A stretch of DNA of 61,890 bases, filler included. It is 6 parts of 6 records of this genome, joined end to end, with 100 filler letters (N's around TTAATTAATTAA, not from the genome) between each part and the next. Parts side by side here need not be neighbours in the genome. Positions count along the whole stretch, not along the records: positions 41,821 to 47,609 come from SRR16203515_14846; positions 47,710 to 54,977 come from SRR16203515_14851; positions 55,078 to 61,890 come from SRR16203515_14852; 3 more parts are not named here. One strand, given 5' to 3'. Shown here in pieces: positions 44,961 to 55,078 of this stretch. The position numbers were made by a program, and so were the translations under genes. Position 1 is the first letter of the stretch. Every line of letters begins with the position of its first letter. The notes under the pieces were generated by a model that saw nothing but the letters and a program-made list of their open reading frames with translations, searched no databases and was not told the DNA's origin.

Positions 44961-46028
44961 TTATTCTGTGCTTGTAGCGGCTAGCTTCATTTTTATCGAC
45001 CTTACTTTCATTTTAATACTAATAATAATAAGCGTTAAAAACGACATTAAGCTAATTAGTAGAGTTAAATCTAATATCGGTGACTTGGCGAGATGTGTGT
45101 TTGTAGGCGTGACGGGCAAAGCGTCAGGCTTATTTTGTTGTTGCCTAATGTAGCTTTGGCTTATCCAATCAACGGCGTTGATCCATTGAATTTTATCAGG
45201 GTTATCATTACCAAGCTTGCTCATTACATGGGCGTCGTTATTGAGCGATTTAGCAAGGTTAATTAATTGCTCCCAAAATACATGTTCAGTGCCTAGCGCA
45301 TCTATTTCTTGTAGGTGCTGCTTTAACCTTTCTGCGCCCATGCTGTTTATATTTGGTTGCTTTAGAATTTTTGCGTAACTGTTTATATGCGTTGAAAAAC
45401 GAGCAAAATAGCTATCAATTTTTTGCTGCGCCCCTTGGTTAAGCTCATCTGTGTTGTGGGTGTTAGGCAAGGTGACTTCTGGGTGCTTTTTTTGATTTGC
45501 TAAGTACTGCTTATAATGAACGTAATTTAATGTTGTTGAGGGCGAAGCTGATGAGCTGTCTATCATACTCATTTTAAGTGTGTTAAAGCTTATTACTGCT
45601 GAGCAAATAAGGCAGATGAATAATAAGCTATAACAAAAAAACAATGCGCTTTGCAGTGCTAATTTGGGCAAGGCGGTTGGGCTATTTACGCTGGACTTTT
45701 TAATGCTGGTTATTGTATTAGCTATTTTTTTTACTGCAGGCTCATTGTGAGCAACAACCAGTTTGGTACCCGCGGCTCTTTGGGGTGCCCTTACACTTGC
45801 GTGCGGTTCTACTTTGGTGATTAAACCAAAACTTTTTAGTTTAGATTCTGTTTTAACTGCATCAATACTTGATAGGTCTTTGACGAGTGCGTAGGCTCGG
45901 CCATCAAATAATTTTACAGCGACATTATGAGGAATTTTTAAAAACTGACAGAGTTGCTCTTGTACGGTACTAATGTCAGCATTTTGGTGTAACTGACCAT
46001 TAAAAATAATTTTAAATGAGGCGCTCAC
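44961..46028 (-). CDS. Hypothetical membrane protein
   Basis: 355 aa; soluble N-terminal domain (FKIIFNGQL...), two hydrophobic segments flanking a helical region. Confidence 0.7.
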   Translation of the reverse strand: MSASFKIIFNGQLHQNADISTVQEQLCQFLKIPHNVAVKLFDGRAYALVKDLSSIDAVKTESKLKSFGLITKVEPHASVRAPQRAAGTKLVVAHNEPAVKKIANTITSIKKSSVNSPTALPKLALQSALFFCYSLLFICLICSAVISFNTLKMSMIDSSSASPSTTLNYVHYKQYLANQKKHPEVTLPNTHNTDELNQGAQQKIDSYFARFSTHINSYAKILKQPNINSMGAERLKQHLQEIDALGTEHVFWEQLINLAKSLNNDAHVMSKLGNDNPDKIQWINAVDWISQSYIRQQQNKPDALPVTPTNTHLAKSPILDLTLLISLMSFLTLIIISIKMKVRSIKMKLAATSTE

Positions 46029-46381
46029 GCTATGTCCTTATTCGTGCAACTTCCATTGAGGAATTTTTATTATTGTTTTAACACGCTGTTAATTTACCAG
46101 ATAAAATAAGGGGTTTCTAGTATTTAGCCTTATTAAACTAGTAAAAAAGCCTGAACAAAATTTACTCTGTTGAGTTTTTAACGCATTGTTTTGTGGTGAT
46201 TTTAGTGGAAGTGCTTGTTTTTCATGTTGTTTTATTAGGAACGCGGTGTGTAGGCTTTTATAAAGCGATTTAAACGTGTTGTTTACATTTAATAAATATA
46301 GTGAAGCAAGGGAGGGCGCGTGCGATTTAGCATTTAAATACGTTGCCCTTTGCAAGGGGTTTACAAAGGGCAACCAGGTGT

Positions 46382-47017
46382 TTATTTTACAGCTGCTTTA
46401 ATGGGCGTTTCACCGTCAAATAGTTCAAAAACGCGGTTGCCATTAAATGCGTTAGTAGCAATATGTAATAGGGCATTGGCAACGTTTTCGCGGCTAATTT
46501 TAGCTTTAGAACGATCGTTTGGACGCTCGGTGGTTACTTTCATTGAGGCGCTTTCATCGGTCAGCCCACCTGGGCGCACTATGGTGTAGTTTAAGCCACT
46601 GTTGATAAGGTGCTCATCGGCCATATGTTTGGCAACTAAGTAAGGTTTTAAGTCACTTTCTATTGAGTCTGGATCGTCAGCGCCAATAGAGCTAATCATA
46701 ATAAAATGCTTTACGCCATGCTCTTTAGCATACGTTGCTGCTTTGGTGGCTGCCCATAAATCAATTAGCACGGTTTTATCTGTGCCTGTACTCCCTCCAG
46801 AGCCAGCAGCAAAAATAACTTGATTGCAATCTTTTAACGCATCAGAAAAATCGCCTTCGAGATCTTGCTCCACAATGGTTAAAAATGGACTATCTAAATC
46901 ATCTAACTTACTTTTATCACGCACTAATGCAGATACATTTTGCTCATTGTTTAAAAGCAACTTGGTTGCCATTTTACCAATTTGTCCGCTAGCGCCAATA
47001 ATTAGGGTCTTACTCAT
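46382..47017 (-). CDS. NAD(P)-binding SDR-like oxidoreductase
   Basis: IIGASGQIG, FAAGSGG, YLVAK, IVRPGGLTD. Confidence 0.9.
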   Translation of the reverse strand: MSKTLIIGASGQIGKMATKLLLNNEQNVSALVRDKSKLDDLDSPFLTIVEQDLEGDFSDALKDCNQVIFAAGSGGSTGTDKTVLIDLWAATKAATYAKEHGVKHFIMISSIGADDPDSIESDLKPYLVAKHMADEHLINSGLNYTIVRPGGLTDESASMKVTTERPNDRSKAKISRENVANALLHIATNAFNGNRVFELFDGETPIKAAVK

Positions 47018-47186
47018 AATTAATTCCTTCTCAATTTAGTGTAAAGGTATTTAGTACAAATAGACCTTGGGGTAGGCATTCGTTTTTAAAGGGTAAAACG
47101 CTGTTTTTCTCTACAAAGTGGTTATTTAAAAGTAAATAAAAATTGAGTCTGAACTGAGTATGAAAATTAGCCGCTTTTTACTGTGT

Positions 47187-47510
47187 TTATTCAATCATTA
47201 TGCTGATTTCGGTAACATAATTATGATGGTATAAACTGATGCGAACAGCATGGTTTTGGTAGTTATAGTAAAGGGTGCGGTAGTTATTATCGCCTTTGCT
47301 GTTAATGGGGTCACCAAGGGCCTGCTGATAAAATTTAGAAATAGCATCAATAGAAGCAGCTAAATACCCTGTTCTAACCAGTGGGTATTCGCCAGTTACA
47401 TCCATGGTGGTGATGAATTCTTCAGGTAAGGGGATGGCGGTTACGTCTTGGCTAAATGTGTTAAACGATATAGCGGCGAGTAATGTTACAGCACAGGTTA
47501 AAGCTTTCAT
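47187..47510 (-). CDS. Hypothetical secreted protein
   Basis: Signal peptide from MKALTC behind AAGGA RBS. Confidence 0.65.
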   Translation of the reverse strand: MKALTCAVTLLAAISFNTFSQDVTAIPLPEEFITTMDVTGEYPLVRTGYLAASIDAISKFYQQALGDPINSKGDNNYRTLYYNYQNHAVRISLYHHNYVTEISIMIE

Positions 47511-47609
47511 TGTGATCCTTTTATTGATACCCATCCGCATTCATACATATGGTGCGCATTGGTTATATAATACCAGTGCGCAATAATACTTAATCATTTT
47601 GCGGTGCTA

Positions 47610-47709
47610 NNNNNNNNNNNNNNNNNNNNNNNNNNNNNNNNNNNNNNNNNNNNTTAATTAATTAANNNNNNNNNNNNNNNNNNNNNNNNNNNNNNNNNNN
47701 NNNNNNNNN
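47610..47709. other. Artificial contig linker
   Basis: 44 N + TTAATTAATTAA + 44 N. Confidence 0.98.
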
Positions 47710-47806
47710 AAAAGTGCTCGACTTATTAGCACAGGTAAATAATGAAAAATAGATACAAATGAGAAGCCCTACTCAAAGGGCTTTAATTTACTTTAAATAC
47801 TTTTAC

Positions 47807-50800
47807 TTATTCTAAAAAAAGTTTATTTATTAATGCTTCATGCTCTATCCCTGCTTCAAATTTTAATGCTCGTATAAAATCCATAGAATTGGCGGGACTG
47901 TTTGGATAACCATGATTTTTCCAAACCAACTTGAGCGCATTAATAATGGGTTCATCCCCAATAGCAGCGCGTAACTTAGCAAAGACAATGGTTGCTCGCG
48001 AATATTGGTCAAAGCTTTGCGTAGCATCAACTAAAGCTGATCGCTCCTTTATGTTCATCAGCATATTTTGCTCATAGCGTGTTGTTTCATACTCAACCAG
48101 CGCTTGCATGGCCTTTTTCCCATAACGCTGCTCTATAACAACAAGCTCAATATATTTTGCCATAGACTCCACTAAAAAAGCGCTATCTGAAACTACCCCA
48201 TTACCAATATCATGGCCAAACCATTGATGCGCAGTTTCATGAACTGCACGGCGATAGCGTTGATCAAAGCCTGTATTAGCGCTTGGCTTTGCTCTAAAAC
48301 CAACACTGTCTTCAATTAGTATAAGTTGCGGCAATGCATAACCTGTAGCACCCACACTAGGCGAGCCTATTAAATTCAATTGTTTTGCTCTATAAGGGCT
48401 TATATTATTAAGCCATTTTATTGTATCGCCCATTGCGCTTAGGTTTACAGCTATAGACTGCGCTCGTGCTGGCTCGTTTTTATCTTTAGCAAACACGTTT
48501 AACATCACGCCATTTTGCTGCTTGGTAACAGGGGAATAAGGCACCGTCACCCAAGCTGGGATTGCATTTATGGGTGTACGAGTCTCAAAATGAAATATTT
48601 CGCGGTCATCTTTACTGGTACGTGATATTTCCTCTCCTTGGGTTATAACCTGATAACCACTTGTTGTACTCACTTTACTCGACATAGTAAGCCACTGGTA
48701 ATGAGTACTTGCTTCAGCCGTTTTAGCAAATAGCTTCGTAGGTCTAATCACCGTCTTCACTTTAAGTGCGTGTTGCTGACGAAGTATAGGATCGGTTAAT
48801 TCATAATTATCTTGATAGCCAACAGTCGGCAATAAAGGCACTGATCGTATATAGCTAAATTCAGGGGTTATTATCTGATGCCCTCTTACTGGCCAAAGCT
48901 TAGCTTGATGGACATCAAACCGTGTAACTAGTTTACGTATTTCTCCTGGCTGCATTTCATTCTCAAACTCAAACACAGCTTGATTAAGTAAGGGAAAGCT
49001 TTTAGCCCTTTTCGCGCCATCGATTTCAATATCGGCCCATTTATAAAAACCAGAGCGCCCAACCAATATCTCTTTAATAGGGGCTTGATGGGTGTTTTTT
49101 AAGGTATATATTAAGGAAAAATGAGCTTGCTGCTGATACGGATAAAAGTCTACATTTGCATCAATGTGCACAATGTTTGGCTGTGCTACATTGCGCCATT
49201 GTGAGAATGCTTTTTCGTATTGTGATTTAAATCCCTCGCGTTTATGCGAGTTGGTTAAAGGCTTCTCCTCAACCAGTCTTAAATGTAATTGAGTAAATAG
49301 TGCCACAGTGATAAGTAAAGGTATAAGTAACCAAAAATGTTTAACCCCCATTATTCTTCGGCTCAATCCGGCACCTCGGTGATTAAAAATCCCCGTAATT
49401 ATAACTAAACTTATACACGCCCCTGACCAAACTGATATATAAGGCCAATAACTACTTATACTTGCACGATAACCCCAAAAGTTATCAGGTGCCTGCAAAG
49501 GCGTCCAACCAACACTCCACAATGTATGCGTGAGGCCAAGCTTAGTCATAATCGGTGTAAATTTGATCAGTAAAATAACAGCAATTAGCAAACCCGCAAT
49601 AAGTTGCGAACGACACAAATTAAATACACACAAAAATACACACGCAACAATGGCAAGCACAATTGCCATCAAAAATAAAATAGTTAAATGTACTTCAAAT
49701 TGATATGCACTGTGTAAAAACCACTGAGCTGCACTTGCCCCTAATAAGCTCATTGTTAAAAAAATCAATATCATAGTACCTAGGACTAATAACTGACTGT
49801 TTAAAAAGTAATATGTTTTGAGCGGTGTGGCAGCTATCAGCTCAGCTATATTATAGTATTTAGCGAAACAGCTTACTTGCCAGCTCCACAAAGCCATTAA
49901 TAAAGTGCCAAGCAACAATTGCATATCAAATGCATAATAGCTAATTGCATCAAGGCTTGTGGTGCTCATAACACTCATTGGTTCAACATAACCAGACGAC
50001 GAGGCAACACTATTAAAAACCATCACCGGCCAAACAAAAATAATCAGTAAAGTAACAGGGTGTGAAACCAAATTAACCAGCGTAATATTGTATAAACTGG
50101 CCATCATCCAAAATGGTTTTTGTGTGACTCTCGCTGTTTTATATTCAGCAGGTTCTAACGTGTTGTAACGAATGTATTCGTTAGTATTTTTACCTTTTTC
50201 ATTCTTTAATAATGTGTTTTTTTTATTTTTACTAAAAGTAATATAAAAAATACCAACAGTAAGCATACTCACAACAACGCGATTAATAGCAAATGAAGCT
50301 CCTAATGAATTGGTTAAACTGTTTATTACGGCTGTGCATGCAAAAGGGTCAAGCCAAACAAATAATGTATAAAAGCTATTACTTTTAATACTACTTCCAG
50401 CAAGTAATGGATTTCCGGTAATACTTGCAAGCATTATGTAGCCTATCCACAACACCGCAAAAACAACGTAATTGGGTAATGAAGTAGTTGATTTATGGCA
50501 AACAAAAAAGGCAACAACAACTAAAAAGCAGCTATTTGGTAACAACACTAAAAAGCTATTAAATACAGTAAAAGAAACCATATTCGGTATATGGCCCAAT
50601 TGCCTTACTTGCATGTATATCATTACTAAATCACTGATTAAAATAATAATAAAAACCAAGCAAATCAGTAAGCATACTCTTGCTAAACTGCGCTTAAATA
50701 GGCTAGTTTGAGTAGCATAAATAAGCTCCTGCATTGACGCGTGCTGATCTCGTAAAAATATAACGGGCGCTAATACTCCTACAAGCACAGGTAACTGCAT

Positions 50801-50962
50801 CATTTGTAGCATTGTAATATTTAACTTAAATTGTTTTAACGAATCAACTTCAACTGCTCCAAGCCCAGAGGACAACATAACCACAAATACCAAAGGGATA
50901 ATAATGCACAGCCAAACAAGTGGTTGGCGCACTGCATATCGCCACTCATTAAAAATTAACAT
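47807..50962 (-). CDS. ABC-2-type permease fused to a C-terminal M1-family zinc aminopeptidase domain
   Basis: N-terminal ~560 aa with two repeated multi-TM blocks (MQELIYATQ / IAELIAATP); C-terminal HETAHQWFG with downstream E (LVESMAKY). Confidence 0.85.
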   Translation of the reverse strand: MLIFNEWRYAVRQPLVWLCIIIPLVFVVMLSSGLGAVEVDSLKQFKLNITMLQMMQLPVLVGVLAPVIFLRDQHASMQELIYATQTSLFKRSLARVCLLICLVFIIILISDLVMIYMQVRQLGHIPNMVSFTVFNSFLVLLPNSCFLVVVAFFVCHKSTTSLPNYVVFAVLWIGYIMLASITGNPLLAGSSIKSNSFYTLFVWLDPFACTAVINSLTNSLGASFAINRVVVSMLTVGIFYITFSKNKKNTLLKNEKGKNTNEYIRYNTLEPAEYKTARVTQKPFWMMASLYNITLVNLVSHPVTLLIIFVWPVMVFNSVASSSGYVEPMSVMSTTSLDAISYYAFDMQLLLGTLLMALWSWQVSCFAKYYNIAELIAATPLKTYYFLNSQLLVLGTMILIFLTMSLLGASAAQWFLHSAYQFEVHLTILFLMAIVLAIVACVFLCVFNLCRSQLIAGLLIAVILLIKFTPIMTKLGLTHTLWSVGWTPLQAPDNFWGYRASISSYWPYISVWSGACISLVIITGIFNHRGAGLSRRIMGVKHFWLLIPLLITVALFTQLHLRLVEEKPLTNSHKREGFKSQYEKAFSQWRNVAQPNIVHIDANVDFYPYQQQAHFSLIYTLKNTHQAPIKEILVGRSGFYKWADIEIDGAKRAKSFPLLNQAVFEFENEMQPGEIRKLVTRFDVHQAKLWPVRGHQIITPEFSYIRSVPLLPTVGYQDNYELTDPILRQQHALKVKTVIRPTKLFAKTAEASTHYQWLTMSSKVSTTSGYQVITQGEEISRTSKDDREIFHFETRTPINAIPAWVTVPYSPVTKQQNGVMLNVFAKDKNEPARAQSIAVNLSAMGDTIKWLNNISPYRAKQLNLIGSPSVGATGYALPQLILIEDSVGFRAKPSANTGFDQRYRRAVHETAHQWFGHDIGNGVVSDSAFLVESMAKYIELVVIEQRYGKKAMQALVEYETTRYEQNMLMNIKERSALVDATQSFDQYSRATIVFAKLRAAIGDEPIINALKLVWKNHGYPNSPANSMDFIRALKFEAGIEHEALINKLFLE

Positions 50963-51819
50963 GTTTGACTTCCTTCATTGAGTGCAAAAAAGTACTTGTC
51001 TTGAAGCGTAGCGGGCGAGTTTATTGCATTTTGTGCAGGCGCTGTGTCTGCATACACACGAAATGACGCTCTACCATAGCGATGGCTCTTACTTAATACA
51101 TGCTGATTTGGTATGCCCGTAGGTAAACTTTCGAGCTGCCAAACCTTACCTTCTAAAGGAACTAGTAACTCTTTTACGTCACCGCTTTGTATGAGTGCTC
51201 CTTGATCTATAATGGCCACGTAGTGACATAAATTTTCTACATCTTCAACAATATGGGTCGATAACAATACCAACCTATTTTGACTAATACTAACGAGTAA
51301 ATTATTTAAACTTTCTCGTTCCACAGGATCAAGCCCAGCAGTGGGTTCATCCATAATAATTAGCTTTGGGTTACCTAACAAAGCCTGAGCCACACCAAAA
51401 CGCTGCTTCATACCTCCCGAAAAATTAACGACCTTTTTATTAGCAAACTGAGTCAAATTGGTTAGTTCAAGTAAACTATTAATTTGGTTTTTGCGTGCAT
51501 TACCATCTATACCTTTTAATACAGCAATATGCTCAAGTAACGCCCGACAACTCATATTGGGATACACGCCAAAATATTGTGGTAAATAACCTAGCTGCGA
51601 TCTAAGCGCATCTGGTTGGCTAATCACATTAAGGCCATTAAAATTAATATGTCCGGAGTCAGCATTTTGTAAACACGCGATTGTGCGCATAAGTGTTGAT
51701 TTACCCGCCCCATTAGGGCCAAGTAGACCGACCATACCGGCAGGTAGAGTGATCGTCACATCATTCAAAGCCTGCGTACCATCTGCGTATTTTTTGTTGA
51801 TATTTTTCAGTGTAAGCAT
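50956..51819 (-). CDS. ABC transporter ATP-binding protein
   Basis: GPNGAGKST, FSGGMKQR, IMDEPTAGLD, STH; start at MLTLKNI behind AAGGA. Confidence 0.95.
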   Translation of the reverse strand: MLTLKNINKKYADGTQALNDVTITLPAGMVGLLGPNGAGKSTLMRTIACLQNADSGHINFNGLNVISQPDALRSQLGYLPQYFGVYPNMSCRALLEHIAVLKGIDGNARKNQINSLLELTNLTQFANKKVVNFSGGMKQRFGVAQALLGNPKLIIMDEPTAGLDPVERESLNNLLVSISQNRLVLLSTHIVEDVENLCHYVAIIDQGALIQSGDVKELLVPLEGKVWQLESLPTGIPNQHVLSKSHRYGRASFRVYADTAPAQNAINSPATLQDKYFFALNEGSQTC

Positions 51820-52152
51820 TAGTTTCATCCTTAGTTGATATAACACCAGCTTAAGAAATCAAGTTGAAACAAGCGAACATGTAATGGCTAACGCATTGAA
51901 ATAAGTGATGAAAACGAAAAAGTGACGTTGATCATTTAAATATGTACTTTCATCATTAAAATAAGAAGCCTAGGCACACTTGGAATATTCATTAACAACA
52001 TGAAATAAAACAATTATTTTGAATAAATAATTACGATTCAAATGTTTTTATCGATAAACTAATCCGCTTAGCGTAGTGAATTATGTAAAGGTAGTGTTTA
52101 CAATAAAAAGACAACTTTATCCCAGCCTAACTGCTCACTAATTATAATAAAA

Positions 52153-53673
52153 ATGGAGTTATATATGCTGCAAGCCAATACACCAATATGGCAACGCTTT
52201 AGCATTCCCCAACTTATAATCTATTTACCTCTAATGGCTGCTATTTTGCTTGAATCCCACATACGCTTTTTGTCATCACATATGGATACAACGAGCCAAT
52301 ATCTGGCTATTAATATTCAACTTTTTTTACAGTGTATTCCCTTTTTTATTGCCCATGCATTTGCATATCGTTTATTACTTACACCCGCAATCATAGTTTG
52401 GCTGTTAGGCTTTTTAGCCTATCCATCTCTCTTGCTAGTATTTGATAGCCAGCTTATTAACTTTTCGCAATGGCAATACCTTGATGCACAATGTTGGGCA
52501 CTGTGCGCATCTACAAGTGGTATATGGCTTATTACTAAACGCACTAATAAAAATAACAATGTGTTGAGTAATAAATGGCTTAAATCCTTGTTTTCACTTG
52601 ATACAGTCGTGTTCATAGTACTTTTAGGTTGGGCAATAGTTACATCAAGCATACTCAATACGCACACTGACCCTATGCTAAACCAGCCTATTGAGCCTAT
52701 TATTGACGTTTATAAAGTTTTCACACAGTTTGATACTTTTTTGGGTTACCTTTGGCAAATTACTGTTTGTGTCGGATTAGTATATGGAGTGTATTTATTA
52801 AATAGATATTTATTAATACGCTACGTATTAACTTATCATGGCGTATTAATATTTTTGTTTGCAAGTTTAATATGCCTCGTTGTACTTACACCTATATTAA
52901 CTTCGTGCTTGCTACTGTTACCTATTAACGATTTACCCTCAGGTATTGCTAATTTAACACCAGGCGGTAATGATAATATTTTCAGCCCTGAAAATTATCA
53001 GTTTGTATTTTTATTTTTAGCTATAAGCACACCGATTATTTTAGCGTTTGAACGACAGCAACAACACGTTCAAATTAGCAACATTGCCCAGCAACAAACA
53101 AAAACAGAGCTAAAGCTACTTCAACAGCAAATTAACCCTCATTTTTTATTTAACACATTAAATAACCTTTACGCACTGACATTAAAAAAAGCTGATAATG
53201 CACCAGATCTTGTCATGCAATTAGCTAATTTACTACGTTACAGTGTTTACGAAGGTCAAAAAACTCAAGTAAGTTTAGAAAAAGAAATCAATTACTTAAA
53301 AGATTTTATTGCCTTACACCGTATACGAAACACTGAACGCTGTAACTTTGATGTGCAATGGCCTGAATATCAACAACACTATTTAATTTCTCCACTATTG
53401 TTAATAATGATTTTAGAAAATGCGATAAAGCATGGTGTTGAGCCCACATCAAAAAAAGTAACCGTTGAATTCAAAATCACAGTATCCAATAACATACTTA
53501 CTCTATTTTCCTCTAACCCTATTCTAACTAATAACAATTCAGAGCACGGCGTAGGGCTCAACAATTTACGCCGCAGGCTAACTCTTTTATATCCTAATAA
53601 GCACACATTAATTACTTATAAAAATAACACTCTTTGGCAAACTACACTTAAACTGGAGCTGGCTGCATGCTAA
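52153..53673 (+). CDS. LytS/YehU-type membrane histidine kinase
   Basis: Multi-TM N-terminus; QQQINPHFLFNTLNNLY, ENAIKHG, GVGLNNLRRRL. Confidence 0.92.
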   Translation: MELYMLQANTPIWQRFSIPQLIIYLPLMAAILLESHIRFLSSHMDTTSQYLAINIQLFLQCIPFFIAHAFAYRLLLTPAIIVWLLGFLAYPSLLLVFDSQLINFSQWQYLDAQCWALCASTSGIWLITKRTNKNNNVLSNKWLKSLFSLDTVVFIVLLGWAIVTSSILNTHTDPMLNQPIEPIIDVYKVFTQFDTFLGYLWQITVCVGLVYGVYLLNRYLLIRYVLTYHGVLIFLFASLICLVVLTPILTSCLLLLPINDLPSGIANLTPGGNDNIFSPENYQFVFLFLAISTPIILAFERQQQHVQISNIAQQQTKTELKLLQQQINPHFLFNTLNNLYALTLKKADNAPDLVMQLANLLRYSVYEGQKTQVSLEKEINYLKDFIALHRIRNTERCNFDVQWPEYQQHYLISPLLLIMILENAIKHGVEPTSKKVTVEFKITVSNNILTLFSSNPILTNNNSEHGVGLNNLRRRLTLLYPNKHTLITYKNNTLWQTTLKLELAAC

Positions 53674-54347
53674 ACACAATAATTGTTGATGACGAGCCGC
53701 TCGCTCATGAAGTGTTACTGCATCATCTAAGTACTCATAAAGATATTAATATAACAGGGCAATACCTTAACGCTAAAGATGCATTATGTGCTTTAGCCAC
53801 ATCATCTATTGATTTGTTATTTTTAGACATAAACATGCCAGAGATATCAGGCATTGCATTACTAAAAGTGCTCGCGAATCGACCTCAAGTTGTTATTATT
53901 AGTGCATATCAAGAATATGCTTTAGCTGGTTTTGAACTTGATGTAACTGACTACCTACTTAAACCCGTCTCTGCGCAACGCCTTGACCGAGCAATAAATA
54001 AAGTACGGCAAAAAAGAAAACTCGTAACGCTAAATTCCATGACACCCCAAACTATTACGCTTAAAATCGACCGTGAAAAACATAAAATTCATTTAAGCGA
54101 CATAGACATGTTTGAGGCGTATGGAAATTATGTAAAAGTATGGCAAGGTGAAAAAGCTTTACTTGCAAGTTGTACTCTCAAATCCATATTACAAGAGCTT
54201 GATACTTCATTTATTCAAGTCCATAAATCTTACGTTATTAATAAAAAAAAAGTTGTTGCGTTAAGTAATGAAAGCGTTCAACTAGCATCAGGCGTGTCAG
54301 TTAAAATTGGCAAGTCATACAAACAACTAGTTCGTGATATTATCTAA
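53667..54347 (+). CDS. LytTR family response regulator
   Basis: VDDEPLA, FLDINMP, DYLLKP, FIQVHKSYVIN. Confidence 0.93.
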   Translation: MLNTIIVDDEPLAHEVLLHHLSTHKDINITGQYLNAKDALCALATSSIDLLFLDINMPEISGIALLKVLANRPQVVIISAYQEYALAGFELDVTDYLLKPVSAQRLDRAINKVRQKRKLVTLNSMTPQTITLKIDREKHKIHLSDIDMFEAYGNYVKVWQGEKALLASCTLKSILQELDTSFIQVHKSYVINKKKVVALSNESVQLASGVSVKIGKSYKQLVRDII

Positions 54348-54460
54348 CATACAGTCTGTTAAAGACTACCTTTTTATTGAAAAGCCCTTATATTATAGGG
54401 CTTAAGGTTATAATACCTAAATAGTAGATTACACTTTGCGGTGTATTATTTTAGAGGCAC

Positions 54461-54976
54461 TTAAAAGCGATACGTTACAGACGCACCTAACGTTTGAGGG
54501 TTAACAACAGCAACATAGCCGGTTGGGTAAGAGCCACTTGCAGGTTCTACCGACGTATAAGCCTCTTCATCAAACACATTATTTACATAACCACTTATTA
54601 GCCAATGCTCACTATCGTAACTAATAGTTGCTCGCGTAATTGTATAGCCCCCGGCAATACGCTCTTGTGTGTTAGTTAAATCACCATAATACTCATCTAC
54701 GTAATTAGCACTAACATTTAACTTTAAGCTATCAGTAAACCAATGCGACAACCCTAAACTTGCTGTTAACTCTGGTGCCGAATTGAGCTGATTACCAACA
54801 GCATCCGAATAAGTGGCTGATTCATCTATTTTAGTTTTAAGTAACCCAAGCCCCGCATGCAATTGCCATTGTTCGCCTAGCATACTGTATGCCTCAAGCT
54901 CTAAACCATAGCTGTGTGCATCATCAATATTTGTGATTTTTCTATCTGAACTTAACGCTTGATAACCATTAAAATT
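54461..54976 (-). CDS. TonB-dependent receptor, C-terminal fragment
   Basis: Frame open to contig edge (SYGLELE), YVNNVFDEEAY, ends GASVTYRF. Confidence 0.85.
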   Translation of the reverse strand, partial: NFNGYQALSSDRKITNIDDAHSYGLELEAYSMLGEQWQLHAGLGLLKTKIDESATYSDAVGNQLNSAPELTASLGLSHWFTDSLKLNVSANYVDEYYGDLTNTQERIAGGYTITRATISYDSEHWLISGYVNNVFDEEAYTSVEPASGSYPTGYVAVVNPQTLGASVTYRF

Positions 54977-54977
54977 A

Positions 54978-55077
54978 NNNNNNNNNNNNNNNNNNNNNNN
55001 NNNNNNNNNNNNNNNNNNNNNTTAATTAATTAANNNNNNNNNNNNNNNNNNNNNNNNNNNNNNNNNNNNNNNNNNNN
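54978..55077. other. Artificial contig linker
   Basis: 44 N + TTAATTAATTAA + 44 N. Confidence 0.98.
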
Positions 55078-55078
55078 A

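Noticed and set aside
46089-46373. 94-aa ORF between the SDR gene and the membrane protein
   Set aside because: No RBS or recognisable motif; likely intergenic promoter DNA
51903-51927. AAGTGATG/AAGTGACG direct repeat as a LytTR operator
   Set aside because: 17-bp period does not fit the usual ~21-22-bp LytTR repeat spacing; too short to support alone
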